A stretch of 64,000 bases of DNA from an uncultured Candidatus Rokubacteria bacterium (GCA_963826115.1 CAWGVS010000002.1:160001-224000); one strand, 5' to 3'; shown: positions 31,001-40,752, counted from the stretch's first letter. Notes: generated by a model from the letters alone, not told the origin. Translations and numbers: made by a program.

Positions 31001-32902
31001 CTAGCCCTGCGGCTTGTTCTTGATGTAGCCGGCGATGACCTCGTTCATCGTGGTGCGGGCGTGGCCGATCCCCTCCTCGCAGACGTCGAGATCGATGAAT
31101 CCGACCTGCTTCTCCCCCGCCACCTTCTCGATCGCCTCGCGGGTCATGTCGCGCATGAAGCCGGCCGGCACGCGGTTCAGACGGGCGACGGCGTCCTCGG
31201 TCCACGTGAAGGCGCCGTTCGGGTCGGTCACGTCCTTGAGGGTCGCCCCGGCGAACTTCGTGTTGGCAATGAGCGTGTCCCAGCCGTCGCCGAGCTTGTC
31301 GCGCCCGACCGTCTCCTCGATGAGCGGGAAGGCGACCTCCTTCGTGATGACGGGGAGCTTCCGCGTCCGCGCGTACTTCTCGATCCGCGCCTTCGCGCGC
31401 CGGCGGAGGTAGGCGTCGGTGACCTGGCGGAGCCCCTCCCGCGCGTCGTTGGCCCAGCGGACCGTCACGCCGGGCATGACCTCCTCCTCGGCGATCCCGC
31501 CCTCCAGGGTGGCGATCTGCTCCACCGCCTTCCGGTCGACGAGGGTGAACGCCTCCGGGCCGCCCGAGCAGACCGGGCACTTCACGACGGGGTTCGGGCC
31601 CTTCACGACGTACCCGCAGACCGAGCAGATCGCCGTCACGGCGGCGTCCTCGGCCCGGAGCTTCGCGACCGCCAGGTCCTCGGCGAGGATCTGCATCTTC
31701 TCGGCCATGCGGCCGGGCATGAAGATCGCCATCGCCTCGTCGATGACCTTCGAGGTGATGACGGTGTGCCCCTGCTCGATCGCGTAGCGGAGGAGCGCCG
31801 TGCGCGCCACCCCGGCCACCTGCTCGGGCACGCGCTTCATCCGGTCCCGGGCCTCGTCCGTCCAGGCGATGATCTCCTCGGCCTTGACGTCGAGCGGCGG
31901 GTAGAACTTGCCGCCCACCAGCAGCACGTTGCACGGGGCCAGGCGGAGCAGGTTCTCCGTGTTCGAGCCGAGGTCCGCCTCCCGCTCGTCCGAGTGGACG
32001 CCGATGCGTCCGAGGATCAGGAGCCAGGGCTGCTCCTTCCGGCAGAACTGGAGCACCTTCTCGAAGCACTTGCCGTCGAGCAGCGTGATCGCGAGGTCGA
32101 CCCCCTCATCGGCCGCGAGCTTCCGGCCGATCTCGAGGTGCGACTGGTAGATCTTCGCGAGCCCCGTGTCGATGATCTCCTCGTGGAGCTGCTCCTGCTC
32201 CTTGAAGCGGAACACCTTCGAGGCCTGCTCGGTGAGCACGCCGACGATCCCGTTGAACATGGCGTAGTGGAGGTACGGGTCGTACACCGCGACCGCGTGG
32301 ACCGGCCGGCGGAGGGCCTTCCCCAGCGCGATGCCGACCTTGAGCCCGTAGAAGGACTGCGGGCTCCCGTCGAGGCCGACGACGATCGCGCCCTGCTGTG
32401 CCTCCAGGGGCTCCAGGCTCCGGATCACCAGCGTGTCGGCCGTGACCTTCCGGATGAAGCGCTCGGTCACCGAGCCGAGCTGGCTGTCGCGCACCGCGCC
32501 CAGGCCCAGCGCGCCCATGATGACGAGGTCGTAGTCCTTGCCCTGCACGTCGTCGATCAGGGCCTTGTAGTGCTTGCCGTCCATCATCCGCGGCTCGAAG
32601 GGCAGCCCGGCGGCCTCGGTCTTCTTCCGCATGACCTCGAGGTAGGAATCGGACACGAGCTGGAGGCCCATGGCGATCAGCGAGTCGTGGATCTTTCGCT
32701 GGCGCTCGAGCTCGTGCTCGTCCCGGTACTCCTCGGGCAGCGTGTACTCCATCTGCTTGAAGCGGTAGTCGTGGAGCCGCGCCGCGTACACGTGGCAGCC
32801 GGTCAGGGTCGAGCCGAAGGCCCGCCCGAGCTCCACGGCGAGGTCGATCGCGCGGTTGGAGTAGTCCGAGTTGTCGACCGGAACGTAGATCTTGCCGAAC
32901 AT
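31001..32902 (-). CDS. Tandem universal stress protein domains + rubredoxin-like knuckle + three PCP_red domains
   Basis: IYVPVDNS..DLVIMGALG..LGSVTE; VVGLDGS..LGSNTENLL; CSVC..CPVC; WTDEARDRMKRVP, WANDAREGL, WTEDAVARLNRVPAGFMR. Confidence 0.85.
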   Translation of the reverse strand: MFGKIYVPVDNSDYSNRAIDLAVELGRAFGSTLTGCHVYAARLHDYRFKQMEYTLPEEYRDEHELERQRKIHDSLIAMGLQLVSDSYLEVMRKKTEAAGLPFEPRMMDGKHYKALIDDVQGKDYDLVIMGALGLGAVRDSQLGSVTERFIRKVTADTLVIRSLEPLEAQQGAIVVGLDGSPQSFYGLKVGIALGKALRRPVHAVAVYDPYLHYAMFNGIVGVLTEQASKVFRFKEQEQLHEEIIDTGLAKIYQSHLEIGRKLAADEGVDLAITLLDGKCFEKVLQFCRKEQPWLLILGRIGVHSDEREADLGSNTENLLRLAPCNVLLVGGKFYPPLDVKAEEIIAWTDEARDRMKRVPEQVAGVARTALLRYAIEQGHTVITSKVIDEAMAIFMPGRMAEKMQILAEDLAVAKLRAEDAAVTAICSVCGYVVKGPNPVVKCPVCSGGPEAFTLVDRKAVEQIATLEGGIAEEEVMPGVTVRWANDAREGLRQVTDAYLRRRAKARIEKYARTRKLPVITKEVAFPLIEETVGRDKLGDGWDTLIANTKFAGATLKDVTDPNGAFTWTEDAVARLNRVPAGFMRDMTREAIEKVAGEKQVGFIDLDVCEEGIGHARTTMNEVIAGYIKNKPQG

Positions 32903-32940
32903 GGAAGCCTCCTTGCGCAGCACGGGGGGCGGCGCCGGGG

Positions 32941-33705
32941 TCACTTGAGCTCGAACTCGACCGCGACCTCGCCCTTCGCCGGCACCGTCACCTCCTGGGT
33001 GAGGACGCGGGGGGGGTCGTAGAGGGGGCGGCCGTCCTTGTCCTTGCCCGTCGCCACCCAGCCTTCGTGCCAGGCGGTGACGCGGTAGCGTCCCGGCGGG
33101 ATCTCGTCGATGCGGAACTGTCCATTGTCGTCCGTGACCGCGAAGTAGGGGTTCTCGCGCACGACGATCCAGGCCCGCATGTGGGTATGCGCGTCGCAGA
33201 CGACCTCGATGACGCCGGGCTTCTTGATGCGCTGCGAGACGTCGACGGCCTGGTCCTTCGTGGGCAGCGCGATGTTGAACACCGTCAGGCGATCGAGGTA
33301 GCCGTGGGTGTTGTGGAGCACCGGATCGGTGTTCTTGATCCGCACCTTGGCCCCCGCCATCACCGCGGAGACGTGCGGCACGAAGAGGCACTTCGCGTTG
33401 TCCAGCTCGAAGTCCGGCGCGCGCTTGCCCCGCTCGACACCCTCGAGCGCCACCACCGTGCCGCGGACGCCGCCGGTCGCGCCCACCACCAGCGCCTCCG
33501 AGGGCTTGTGCTCGCCACAGACGTCCGTGTTCTTCCGCACGGCCAGGAGCTCCGCTTTCGGCGGCTCGCCCGCGAGCCCGACGCGCCCCACCAGGACGCC
33601 GCCGTCGGGCACCGGGGCCTCGACGTAGGGCGCCGCCGACCGGGCCACGCCCGCGAGCCCGAGGCCCAGCGCGAGGAGAAGCACGGCGAGACCACGAGCG
33701 CGCAT
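32941..33705 (-). CDS. Exported carboxypeptidase-regulatory-like/cupredoxin-like protein
   Basis: Signal peptide; C..F.PHV, LHNTH, CDAHTHM, FAVTDDNGQFRIDEIPPG. Confidence 0.75.
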   Translation of the reverse strand: MRARGLAVLLLALGLGLAGVARSAAPYVEAPVPDGGVLVGRVGLAGEPPKAELLAVRKNTDVCGEHKPSEALVVGATGGVRGTVVALEGVERGKRAPDFELDNAKCLFVPHVSAVMAGAKVRIKNTDPVLHNTHGYLDRLTVFNIALPTKDQAVDVSQRIKKPGVIEVVCDAHTHMRAWIVVRENPYFAVTDDNGQFRIDEIPPGRYRVTAWHEGWVATGKDKDGRPLYDPPRVLTQEVTVPAKGEVAVEFELK

Positions 33706-33717
33706 CCTAGCCCCGTC

Positions 33718-34110
33718 TCACGGCGCGCCCGCCGAGCCCGGCCCGGAGCGCCCGCCCTCGGTCGGATCCACCAGGTGATCGAGCGCCAGCCAGATGGCCT
33801 TGCTGTACCGAAACGACCAGAGCGGGAACAGCACCGCGAAGGCGCCCCAGATCGTCACCTGCCATCCCGGCGAGGGCGCGAGCCAGGCCTCCAGGAGGAA
33901 GTACCCGGCGAGGGCGAGGCCCACCGTCAGACCGTAGTTGATGTAGATCGCGCCAATGAAGTACCCCGCCTCGCGCTCGAACTGGAGCCCGCAGACCGGG
34001 CAGCGGGGCCGCATCCGGACCAGGCCGGTGAACAGCGACGCGCCGCCGCAGCGCGGGCAGCGCAGTCCGAGCCCCCGCCGGACCGCCAGGGCCAGTCGCG
34101 TGCGATCCAC
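33718..34110 (-). CDS. DUF983-like membrane protein
   Basis: CPRCG..CPVCG, EAGYFIGA, two TMs. Confidence 0.7.
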   Translation of the reverse strand: MDRTRLALAVRRGLGLRCPRCGGASLFTGLVRMRPRCPVCGLQFEREAGYFIGAIYINYGLTVGLALAGYFLLEAWLAPSPGWQVTIWGAFAVLFPLWSFRYSKAIWLALDHLVDPTEGGRSGPGSAGAP

Positions 34111-34132
34111 GGGCCCGCGCCCTCACGCCCGC

Positions 34133-34546
34133 TCATCCATGGTAGAGCATCCAGTACACCACCACGCCGGTCACCGACACGTAGAGCCAGATCGGGAAGG
34201 TGACGCGGGCCAGGCGCGCGTGGCGCGTGAACTGCGCCCGGAGCGCGCGGTAGAGCGTCGTCCCGACGAGGGGGACGATCGCCACCGCCAGCACGGTGTG
34301 CGTGATCAGGATCACGAAGTAGACCGGCCGCAGCCACCCGCCGCCCGCGTACGGGCGCGAGCCCACCTGCGCGTGGTAGGTCAGGTACGAGACGAGGAAG
34401 AGGACCGAGAGGGCAACCGCGGTCAGCATGCAGGCCCGGTGGACGGCGACCCGCCCCTGCCGGATGGCCACGAAGCCGGCCACGAGCGCCACCGCCGCGG
34501 AGGCGTTCAGCACGGCGTTGACCGTGGGCAGGACCGCGAGGGTCAC
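34133..34546 (-). CDS. DUF420 (CtaM-like) oxidase assembly membrane protein
   Basis: NAVLN, HRACM, FLVSYLTYH, ILITH, IWLYVSVTGVVVY. Confidence 0.88.
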   Translation of the reverse strand: MTLAVLPTVNAVLNASAAVALVAGFVAIRQGRVAVHRACMLTAVALSVLFLVSYLTYHAQVGSRPYAGGGWLRPVYFVILITHTVLAVAIVPLVGTTLYRALRAQFTRHARLARVTFPIWLYVSVTGVVVYWMLYHG

Positions 34547-34577
34547 CGGCCGGCGGGCCGCGGAGACGGGTACCCCG

Positions 34578-34904
34578 TCAATGCTTGGGTGCCTCGAGCT
34601 TCTTCTCGGCGGCGGTCTGGCGCGGCGGGTTCAGCGAGTCCGGCAGCAGCACCAGCACCAGGAGCGTGCCGATCAGGACGGGCGTCAGGGCAATGTAGCC
34701 GAGCGTCTTCGTCTCGAGCTTGAGGTGCATGAAGTAGAGGGCGACCATCGCCGCCTTCGCCGAGGCGAGCGAGACCAGCAGGATGGCGATCACGGTATGG
34801 GGAAGGGGCATGAAGATGACCCCGATCTCGACCACCGTGAGCACCGCCAGGTACCAGAAGATGGCCATGTAGCTCGGGCCGTGCTTCGCATGGGAGTCCG
34901 CCAT
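34578..34904 (-). CDS. Cytochrome c oxidase subunit IV
   Basis: LAVLTVVE, KAAMVALYFMHLK. Confidence 0.85.
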   Translation of the reverse strand: MADSHAKHGPSYMAIFWYLAVLTVVEIGVIFMPLPHTVIAILLVSLASAKAAMVALYFMHLKLETKTLGYIALTPVLIGTLLVLVLLPDSLNPPRQTAAEKKLEAPKH

Positions 34905-34926
34905 CGCGCGCCTCCGCCTCGTCCGG

Positions 34927-35550
34927 CTACAGGAGGTAGATGAAGGTGAACACCATGATCCAGACCAGGTCGACGAAGTGCCAGTACAGCCCGGCCACCT
35001 CCGCGACCATGTAGTTGTAGCGCATGTCCTTCACGCGGCTGATAACCCGCCAGATCACCAGGAGGTAGATCACGCCCGCCGTCACGTGGAGCCCGTGGAA
35101 GCCGGTGATGATGAAGAAGCTGGCCCCGAACAGGGTGGCGCCCCACGGGTTCCCGAAGACCATGAGCCCGCGCTCGATCAGGTGCGTCCACTCGAAGACC
35201 TGGAGTCCGACGAAGATCGCGCCGCCGGCCGCGGTCAGCAGCACGAACTTCTTCGCGCGGGCCAGGTCGGACGCCTGGAGGGCCTCGAGGGCCTTCACCA
35301 TCGTGACGCTCGAGCAGATCAGGAGGAACGTCATGAGCGCGGTGAGCTGGATGCCGAGTACCTGGGCCGGGTTTGGCCAGTCGACGCTCCCCGCCCGCAT
35401 CGCGCCGTAGGACGCCAGGAGTACGCCGAAGCCCACGGCGTCTCCCGCCAGGAAGACCCACATCCCGAGCTTGCCCCAGCTCTCCGGCGTCAGGGGCGAC
35501 TCGGCCGGCTCGACGGCCGGATGGTGCAGGGCAGTTGCCGCGTCGCTCAC
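34927..35550 (-). CDS. Cytochrome c oxidase subunit III (copy B)
   Basis: KLGMWVFL, LICSSVT, TGFHGLHV, GLYWHFVDLVW. Confidence 0.9.
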   Translation of the reverse strand: MSDAATALHHPAVEPAESPLTPESWGKLGMWVFLAGDAVGFGVLLASYGAMRAGSVDWPNPAQVLGIQLTALMTFLLICSSVTMVKALEALQASDLARAKKFVLLTAAGGAIFVGLQVFEWTHLIERGLMVFGNPWGATLFGASFFIITGFHGLHVTAGVIYLLVIWRVISRVKDMRYNYMVAEVAGLYWHFVDLVWIMVFTFIYLL

Positions 35551-35572
35551 GATCCGCTCTCCTTCCGTGCGG

Positions 35573-36268
35573 TCATGCGAGGTAGACGAGCACGTACAAG
35601 ACCGGCCAGAGGGCCACCACGAAGTGCCAGTAGATCGCGCAGCAGTCGAGCGCCGCGTACCGCTCCGCGGTGAACCGGCCGCGCCGCGCGAGCCAGAGCA
35701 TCGCGCCCAGCCAGGCCGCCGCGCCGAACACGTGGGCCGCATGCACGCCGATCAGCGTGTAGAACGTGGCTCCGTAGACTCCCGACGACACCCGCAGTCC
35801 GAAATGGACGAGCCGTGTCCACTCGACCCCCTGGACCACCAGGAACAGCGCGCCGAGCCCCCAGGTCCAGGCGAGCCCGCGCACGAGCCCGGCCCGGTCG
35901 CCCGCCCGGACGGCGCGGAGCGCCCGCACGAGGGTCCAGCTCGACGCGAGCAGGACGAGCGTGTTCACCGCGGTGAGGCCGATGGGGAGCCGCGGCTGGC
36001 CGGGCGGCGGCCAGACCGCCGCCCCCAGCCGCAGCTGGAGGAAGGCGAGCACCAGGCCCCCGAAGAACATGCTCTCCCCGGCGAGGAGCATCCCCATCGC
36101 GAGGCGGGCGTTCGAGAGCGGCGGCCCGTCGGGCCCCGGGGCCCGCTCGCCCTCCCCGTTCCCCTCGTGGGGTCCCGGCGGGCCCGGGATCCGGCCGCCC
36201 CGATCGGGGACGCGGTCCCGCTGGATCTCCGCGGGGCGCACCTCGAGGTCGAGCACGGGCGTGGCCAC
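35573..36268 (-). CDS. Cytochrome c oxidase subunit III (copy A)
   Basis: ESMFFGGL, NTLVLLASS, GVHAAHV, YWHFVVALW. Confidence 0.88.
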   Translation of the reverse strand: MATPVLDLEVRPAEIQRDRVPDRGGRIPGPPGPHEGNGEGERAPGPDGPPLSNARLAMGMLLAGESMFFGGLVLAFLQLRLGAAVWPPPGQPRLPIGLTAVNTLVLLASSWTLVRALRAVRAGDRAGLVRGLAWTWGLGALFLVVQGVEWTRLVHFGLRVSSGVYGATFYTLIGVHAAHVFGAAAWLGAMLWLARRGRFTAERYAALDCCAIYWHFVVALWPVLYVLVYLA

Positions 36269-36270
36269 GC

Positions 36271-36432
36271 TCAGTTCCGCAGCCAGGCCACGGCGGCCGA
36301 GACGAGCATGAGCACGACGATCCACGCCACGAGCCCCCACGCGGTTCGGCGGTTTCGGGTCGCCAGCGAGCTCGGGAGCGCCGGGCGCGGCTCGACGGGT
36401 GACGCGGGAACCACGGACGCGCGCGGGGGCAT
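36271..36432 (-). CDS. Small single-TM protein within the oxidase operon
   Basis: 53 aa; NRRT followed by a hydrophobic helix; fills the gap between ctaB and subunit III. Confidence 0.55.
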   Translation of the reverse strand: MPPRASVVPASPVEPRPALPSSLATRNRRTAWGLVAWIVVLMLVSAAVAWLRN

Positions 36433-36436
36433 CGGG

Positions 36437-37348
36437 CTAGCCCACCTTGTCCAGCGCCATGAGGGCAAGGAGGAGCGGCAGGTACACGACCGAGGCGATG
36501 ACGACCCGCCGCGCGGCGGACTCGGAGGGCCGGAGGGCCTGCGCCGCGCCGGTGGCCAGGAAGAGCGCGCCGAGGAGCAGGGCGCCGAAGAAGTACACGC
36601 CGCCCGTCAGCCCCACCAGGGTCGGCAGGAGCGCCACCGCGTGGAGCGCGAGGCAACCCGTCACGATCTGGCGCTCGGTGCTCCCGCCGTCCGGGTCCAC
36701 CACGGGCAGGACCCGGATCCCCGCGCGCGCGTAGTCGTCGCGGTACAGGCGGGCGATGGCCAGCGTGTGCGGGAGCTGCCAGAGGAACAGGATCGCGAAG
36801 AGCACGCCGGCGCCGATCCCCAGCTCGCCGCGCGCTGCGACCCATCCCGCCACCGGCGGCAAGGCGCCCGGCACCGCGCCGAGCACGGTGCAGAGCGGGC
36901 TCACCTGCTTGAGCGGCGTGTAGACGCCGAGGTAGAGCGCCGACGTCACCGCGGTGACCGCGGTCACCCCGGGACCGACCGCCACGAGGAGGTACAGGAG
37001 GCCGCCGAACGTCGCCAGGACGCCGAAGGCCGCGGCCTCGCCCGGCTGGAGCCGCCCGTCGGGCAACGGCCGCCCGCGGGTACGGAGCATCCGCGCGTCC
37101 ACCTCGCGCTCGAGGAACTGGTTGAGCGCGAGGGTCCCCCCGGCGGCCAGGGCGGTCCCCACGAGGACGTGGAGCACCTGCAGGTAGTCGAGGTCTCGGG
37201 ACGCGCCGAGGTAGTACCCGACGAGCGTGGTCAGCACGACCATCAGGACGACGCGGGGCTTGGCGAGCGACAGGAAGTCCGCGAGGCGGCGCCGGGTGCC
37301 CGCGAGCGCCACCGCGCTCTCGCGCACGACCGCGGTCCGGGACGTCAT
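36437..37348 (-). CDS. ctaB: Heme o synthase
   Basis: LAKPRV, NQFLEREVDARMLRTRGRPL, YTPLK, WQLPH, DYARAG. Confidence 0.93.
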   Translation of the reverse strand: MTSRTAVVRESAVALAGTRRRLADFLSLAKPRVVLMVVLTTLVGYYLGASRDLDYLQVLHVLVGTALAAGGTLALNQFLEREVDARMLRTRGRPLPDGRLQPGEAAAFGVLATFGGLLYLLVAVGPGVTAVTAVTSALYLGVYTPLKQVSPLCTVLGAVPGALPPVAGWVAARGELGIGAGVLFAILFLWQLPHTLAIARLYRDDYARAGIRVLPVVDPDGGSTERQIVTGCLALHAVALLPTLVGLTGGVYFFGALLLGALFLATGAAQALRPSESAARRVVIASVVYLPLLLALMALDKVG

Positions 37349-38265
37349 GCCAGCGCCTCCGTCCGGACCGGCGCGGCCCGGCGCTGCGCGCGGGTCTCGG
37401 CGCCGAGCGCGCGCCGCCGGCCGAGCTGGAGCGCGAGGGCCACCGCGCTCCCCAGGATCAGTGCGCCCACGACCCGGTGGAGCACCGGGAGGGCGACCAC
37501 GGAGAGCTGCCCCCCCGGCACCCAGAGGCTCGTGAAGCGGACCGTGTAGGCGCCGAGCCCGAGGAGGACCTGGACCAGGAGGAGCACCTTCACGGCGCGC
37601 GCCCACCAGGCGAGGACCGGGTCCTCCCCGGCGGCCCGAAGGACCGCGAGGGCCACGCCGACCAGGACGGCGAGCGTCACGACCGCCCCGGCGACGTGCC
37701 ACCAGACCGCCGGGCCGTGCGTCGTGAAGGCGCCGAGGACGACCTGGCCGTAGACGACGACCACCGCGAACCGGCCGAGCACGGCCAGCCGGTCGATCCG
37801 CTCCGGCGCGGCGGACAGCGCCTGCCAGCCGCGGCCCGTCACCACCGCGATCCCGACCAGGAGCCCGAAGAACACCTGGGCGAGACAGCCGTGGACGACG
37901 GCCAGCGCATCCTGCAGGAGCACGACACGGAGTCCCCCGATCAGCCCCTGGATCCCCACCAGGACGACAGCCAGGGCGCCCAGGCCCCGTACCCAGCGGC
38001 GCGCCTCACCGAGCCACAGGGCCACCGCCAAGAGGGCGGTGAGGAGCCCGATCGTGGCCCCGAGGAGGCGATGGCCGTGCTCGACCAGGACGCCCCCCAC
38101 CATCCCCGACCACGGGAACAGGAAGAGGTTGTGCCCGAAGGTGGTGGGCCAGTCGGGCACCGCCAGCGCCGCGCCCGTGTTGGTGACGAGCCCGCCGGCC
38201 ACGATCAGGCCGGCGGTCGCGCCCGCCGTCACGCACGCCAGGCGATGCGGCCACCCGACAGCCAC
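37345..38265 (-). CDS. ctaA: Heme a synthase (COX15/CtaA)
   Basis: GGLVT, PDWP, EHGHR, QGLIGGLRV, VHG, LHRVVG. Confidence 0.88.
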   Translation of the reverse strand: MAVGWPHRLACVTAGATAGLIVAGGLVTNTGAALAVPDWPTTFGHNLFLFPWSGMVGGVLVEHGHRLLGATIGLLTALLAVALWLGEARRWVRGLGALAVVLVGIQGLIGGLRVVLLQDALAVVHGCLAQVFFGLLVGIAVVTGRGWQALSAAPERIDRLAVLGRFAVVVVYGQVVLGAFTTHGPAVWWHVAGAVVTLAVLVGVALAVLRAAGEDPVLAWWARAVKVLLLVQVLLGLGAYTVRFTSLWVPGGQLSVVALPVLHRVVGALILGSAVALALQLGRRRALGAETRAQRRAAPVRTEALA

Positions 38266-38297
38266 CCGCGTCCCCTCCCGCGTCCCGCCCGGACCCG

Positions 38298-40046
38298 TCA
38301 GTGCCCGTGTCCGCCCGATCGGGCGCCGGCCACCACCTGGGTCTGCGGCAGGAAATCCTCGGTCATGCCCGGCACGCTGTACTCGTAGGGGCCCCGGTAG
38401 ACGGTCGGGATCGCGGCCTCCCAGTTACCGTGCGGGGGCGGCGAGGCTGCCTGCCACTCGAGCGTGTTCGAGTGCCAGGGGTTCCGCTCCGCCTTCTTCC
38501 CGCCGACGAGGCTCGAGATGAAGTTCCAGAGGAACAGGATCTGGGACACCCCGAGGATGAAGGCGCACACGGACATGAACACGGCGATGGGCTGGAGGTG
38601 CTGGAGGAACTCGTACTGCGTCGGGTTGTAGATCCGACGCATCATCCCGCCCACGCCCAGGAAGTGCATCGGGAAGAAGACGAGGTTGAAGAACACGAAC
38701 GTCAGGATGGCGTGGAGCTTCCCGAGCGACTCGTTCATCTCCCGCCCGAAGAGCTTCGGGAACCAGAACGTGATGGCCGCGAACATCGCGAAGATGATCC
38801 CCGCCACCACGTAGTGGAAGTGCGCCACGATGAAGTAGGTGTCGTGGATGAAGATGTCGACCGGCGTGATGGCCATGAAGATCCCGGAGAGACCGCCGAT
38901 CGTGAACGTCGACAGGAACGAGATCGCGTGGATCATCGGCGTCGTGAAGCGGATCGAGCCGCCCCACAGCGTCCCGAGCCAGTTGAACGACTTGATCGCG
39001 GACGGCACCGCGATGACCATCGTCGTCAGCATGAACGAGGTGCCGAGCGCGGGGCTCATGCCGCTGATGAACATGTGGTGGCCGTAGACGATCCACGACA
39101 GGAACGCGATCGAGATCATCGAGTACGCCATCGCCCGGTACCCGAAGATCGGCTTGCGCGAGAAGGTCGACAGCACGTCCGAGGTCACGCCCATCGCCGG
39201 AAGGACGAGGATGTAGACCTCCGGGTGCCCGAAGAACCAGAAGAGGTGCTGCCAGAGCAGCACCTCGCCGCCCCCCGACGGGTCGAACCAGTGGGTCCCG
39301 ATCGTCCGGTCGAAGAGGAGCATGGCGCACGCGGACGTGAGCACGGGCAGCGCCAGCAGGAGCAGGATCGCCGTGATGAAGAGGGACCAGATCACGAGCG
39401 GCATCCGGAACAGCGTCATGCCGGGCGCCCGCATGTTGACGACCGTCGTGATGTAGTTGATCGAGCCCATCATCGACGAGACCCCGAGCACGAAGAGGCT
39501 GATCAACCAGAGGTTCTGGCCCCAGTTCACCCCGGTGAACTGGGGGTTGGCGGACAGGGGGGCGTAGGCGGTCCAGCCCGCCGCCGCATGGCCGCCGGGA
39601 ACGAAGAACCCGGCCAGCATGATCACGCCCGACACCGCGCCCGTCCAGAACGAGAGCATGTTCAGCTTGGGGAAGGCCATGTCGCGCGCGCCGAGCATCA
39701 GCGGGATCAGGAAGTTCCCGAAACACCCCACCATGATCGGCATGACCACGAAGAAGATCATCAGGGTGGCGTGCATCGTGAACAGCATGTTGTAGACCTC
39801 GGGCGGGATCACGCCCTCGGTCTCGCGGAACAGCCAGCCCATGCCCGGCACCGGCGTCTCCGGCCAGCCGAGCTGCCACCGGATCAGCATGGCCAGGAAG
39901 CCGCCGATCATCAGCATGAAGAGGCCCATGAACAGGAACTGCCGACCGATCATCTTGTGGTCGGTCGAGAAGATGTACGTGCGCACGAACCCGAGGTCGT
40001 GGTGCTCGTGGACGTCGTGCGCCGCTGCCTTCGCGCTCTGAGCCAT
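38298..40046 (-). CDS. ctaD: Cytochrome c oxidase subunit I, A1 type
   Basis: DHKMIG, TMHA, GWTAY, WFFGHPEVY, HHMF, HDTYFIVAHFHY, MMRR. Confidence 0.96.
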   Translation of the reverse strand: MAQSAKAAAHDVHEHHDLGFVRTYIFSTDHKMIGRQFLFMGLFMLMIGGFLAMLIRWQLGWPETPVPGMGWLFRETEGVIPPEVYNMLFTMHATLMIFFVVMPIMVGCFGNFLIPLMLGARDMAFPKLNMLSFWTGAVSGVIMLAGFFVPGGHAAAGWTAYAPLSANPQFTGVNWGQNLWLISLFVLGVSSMMGSINYITTVVNMRAPGMTLFRMPLVIWSLFITAILLLLALPVLTSACAMLLFDRTIGTHWFDPSGGGEVLLWQHLFWFFGHPEVYILVLPAMGVTSDVLSTFSRKPIFGYRAMAYSMISIAFLSWIVYGHHMFISGMSPALGTSFMLTTMVIAVPSAIKSFNWLGTLWGGSIRFTTPMIHAISFLSTFTIGGLSGIFMAITPVDIFIHDTYFIVAHFHYVVAGIIFAMFAAITFWFPKLFGREMNESLGKLHAILTFVFFNLVFFPMHFLGVGGMMRRIYNPTQYEFLQHLQPIAVFMSVCAFILGVSQILFLWNFISSLVGGKKAERNPWHSNTLEWQAASPPPHGNWEAAIPTVYRGPYEYSVPGMTEDFLPQTQVVAGARSGGHGH

Positions 40047-40095
40047 CGTTGTTCCTATCCTCCCTTGCGAGAGACCTCAGTCCGGCGGGTCCGGC

Positions 40096-40752
40096 CTAGG
40101 AAGGCCACTTCTCCTTGAGCCACTTCCCGTAGTCCTCGGGCGTGTGGACGAAGAGGTAACCCTTCATCCCCGAGTGGCCGAACCCGCACAGCTCGGCGCA
40201 CGGGATCTCGTACTTCCCCGGTTTGGTCACCTCGATCCACTGGAGGATCTCGCGGCCGGGCACCGCGTCCTGCTTGAACCGCGCCGTGGGGATGAACACG
40301 CTGTGGATGACGTCCCGCGACCGAAGGTGCAGCACGACCGGTTTGTTGATCGGCACGTGCACCTCGTTGTCGAACGTCTGGTCGTCGGCGGTGTCGAACT
40401 TCCCGTCCGGCCCCGGGTACGCGACCTCCCAGTTGAACTGCTTCGCGGTGATGCGCACGTGGAGGTCCGACTCGGGAACGTGGCTCTTGATCTTCGACCA
40501 GGTCGGGATGGCGAGGAACGTCAGCACCACCAGGATCAGGGAGGGGACGATCGTCCACACCATCTCGAGCGTGGTGTTGCCGTGGCTGTAGACGGCCCGC
40601 CGTCCGGGCCGTTGGCGGTACACGACCAGGAACCACGCCAGCAACACCGTCACGAGCACGAACGCGGCGCCGGTGATGTAGTAGATGAGATAGAAGAGGT
40701 CGTCGAGCTCCTTGCCGTACGTCGCGATGTTCTCGGGGAGCCAGCTCATCAT
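40096..40752 (-). CDS. ctaC: Cytochrome c oxidase subunit II with CuA site
   Basis: LEMVWTIVP, QFNW, DVIHS, CAELCGFGHSGM; no fused cytochrome c. Confidence 0.94.
   Translation of the reverse strand: MMSWLPENIATYGKELDDLFYLIYYITGAAFVLVTVLLAWFLVVYRQRPGRRAVYSHGNTTLEMVWTIVPSLILVVLTFLAIPTWSKIKSHVPESDLHVRITAKQFNWEVAYPGPDGKFDTADDQTFDNEVHVPINKPVVLHLRSRDVIHSVFIPTARFKQDAVPGREILQWIEVTKPGKYEIPCAELCGFGHSGMKGYLFVHTPEDYGKWLKEKWPS

Noticed and set aside
28015-32902. PCP_red domains as evidence of (bacterio)chlorophyll synthesis
   Set aside because: No bchL/N/B catalytic domains or other photosynthesis genes in the window
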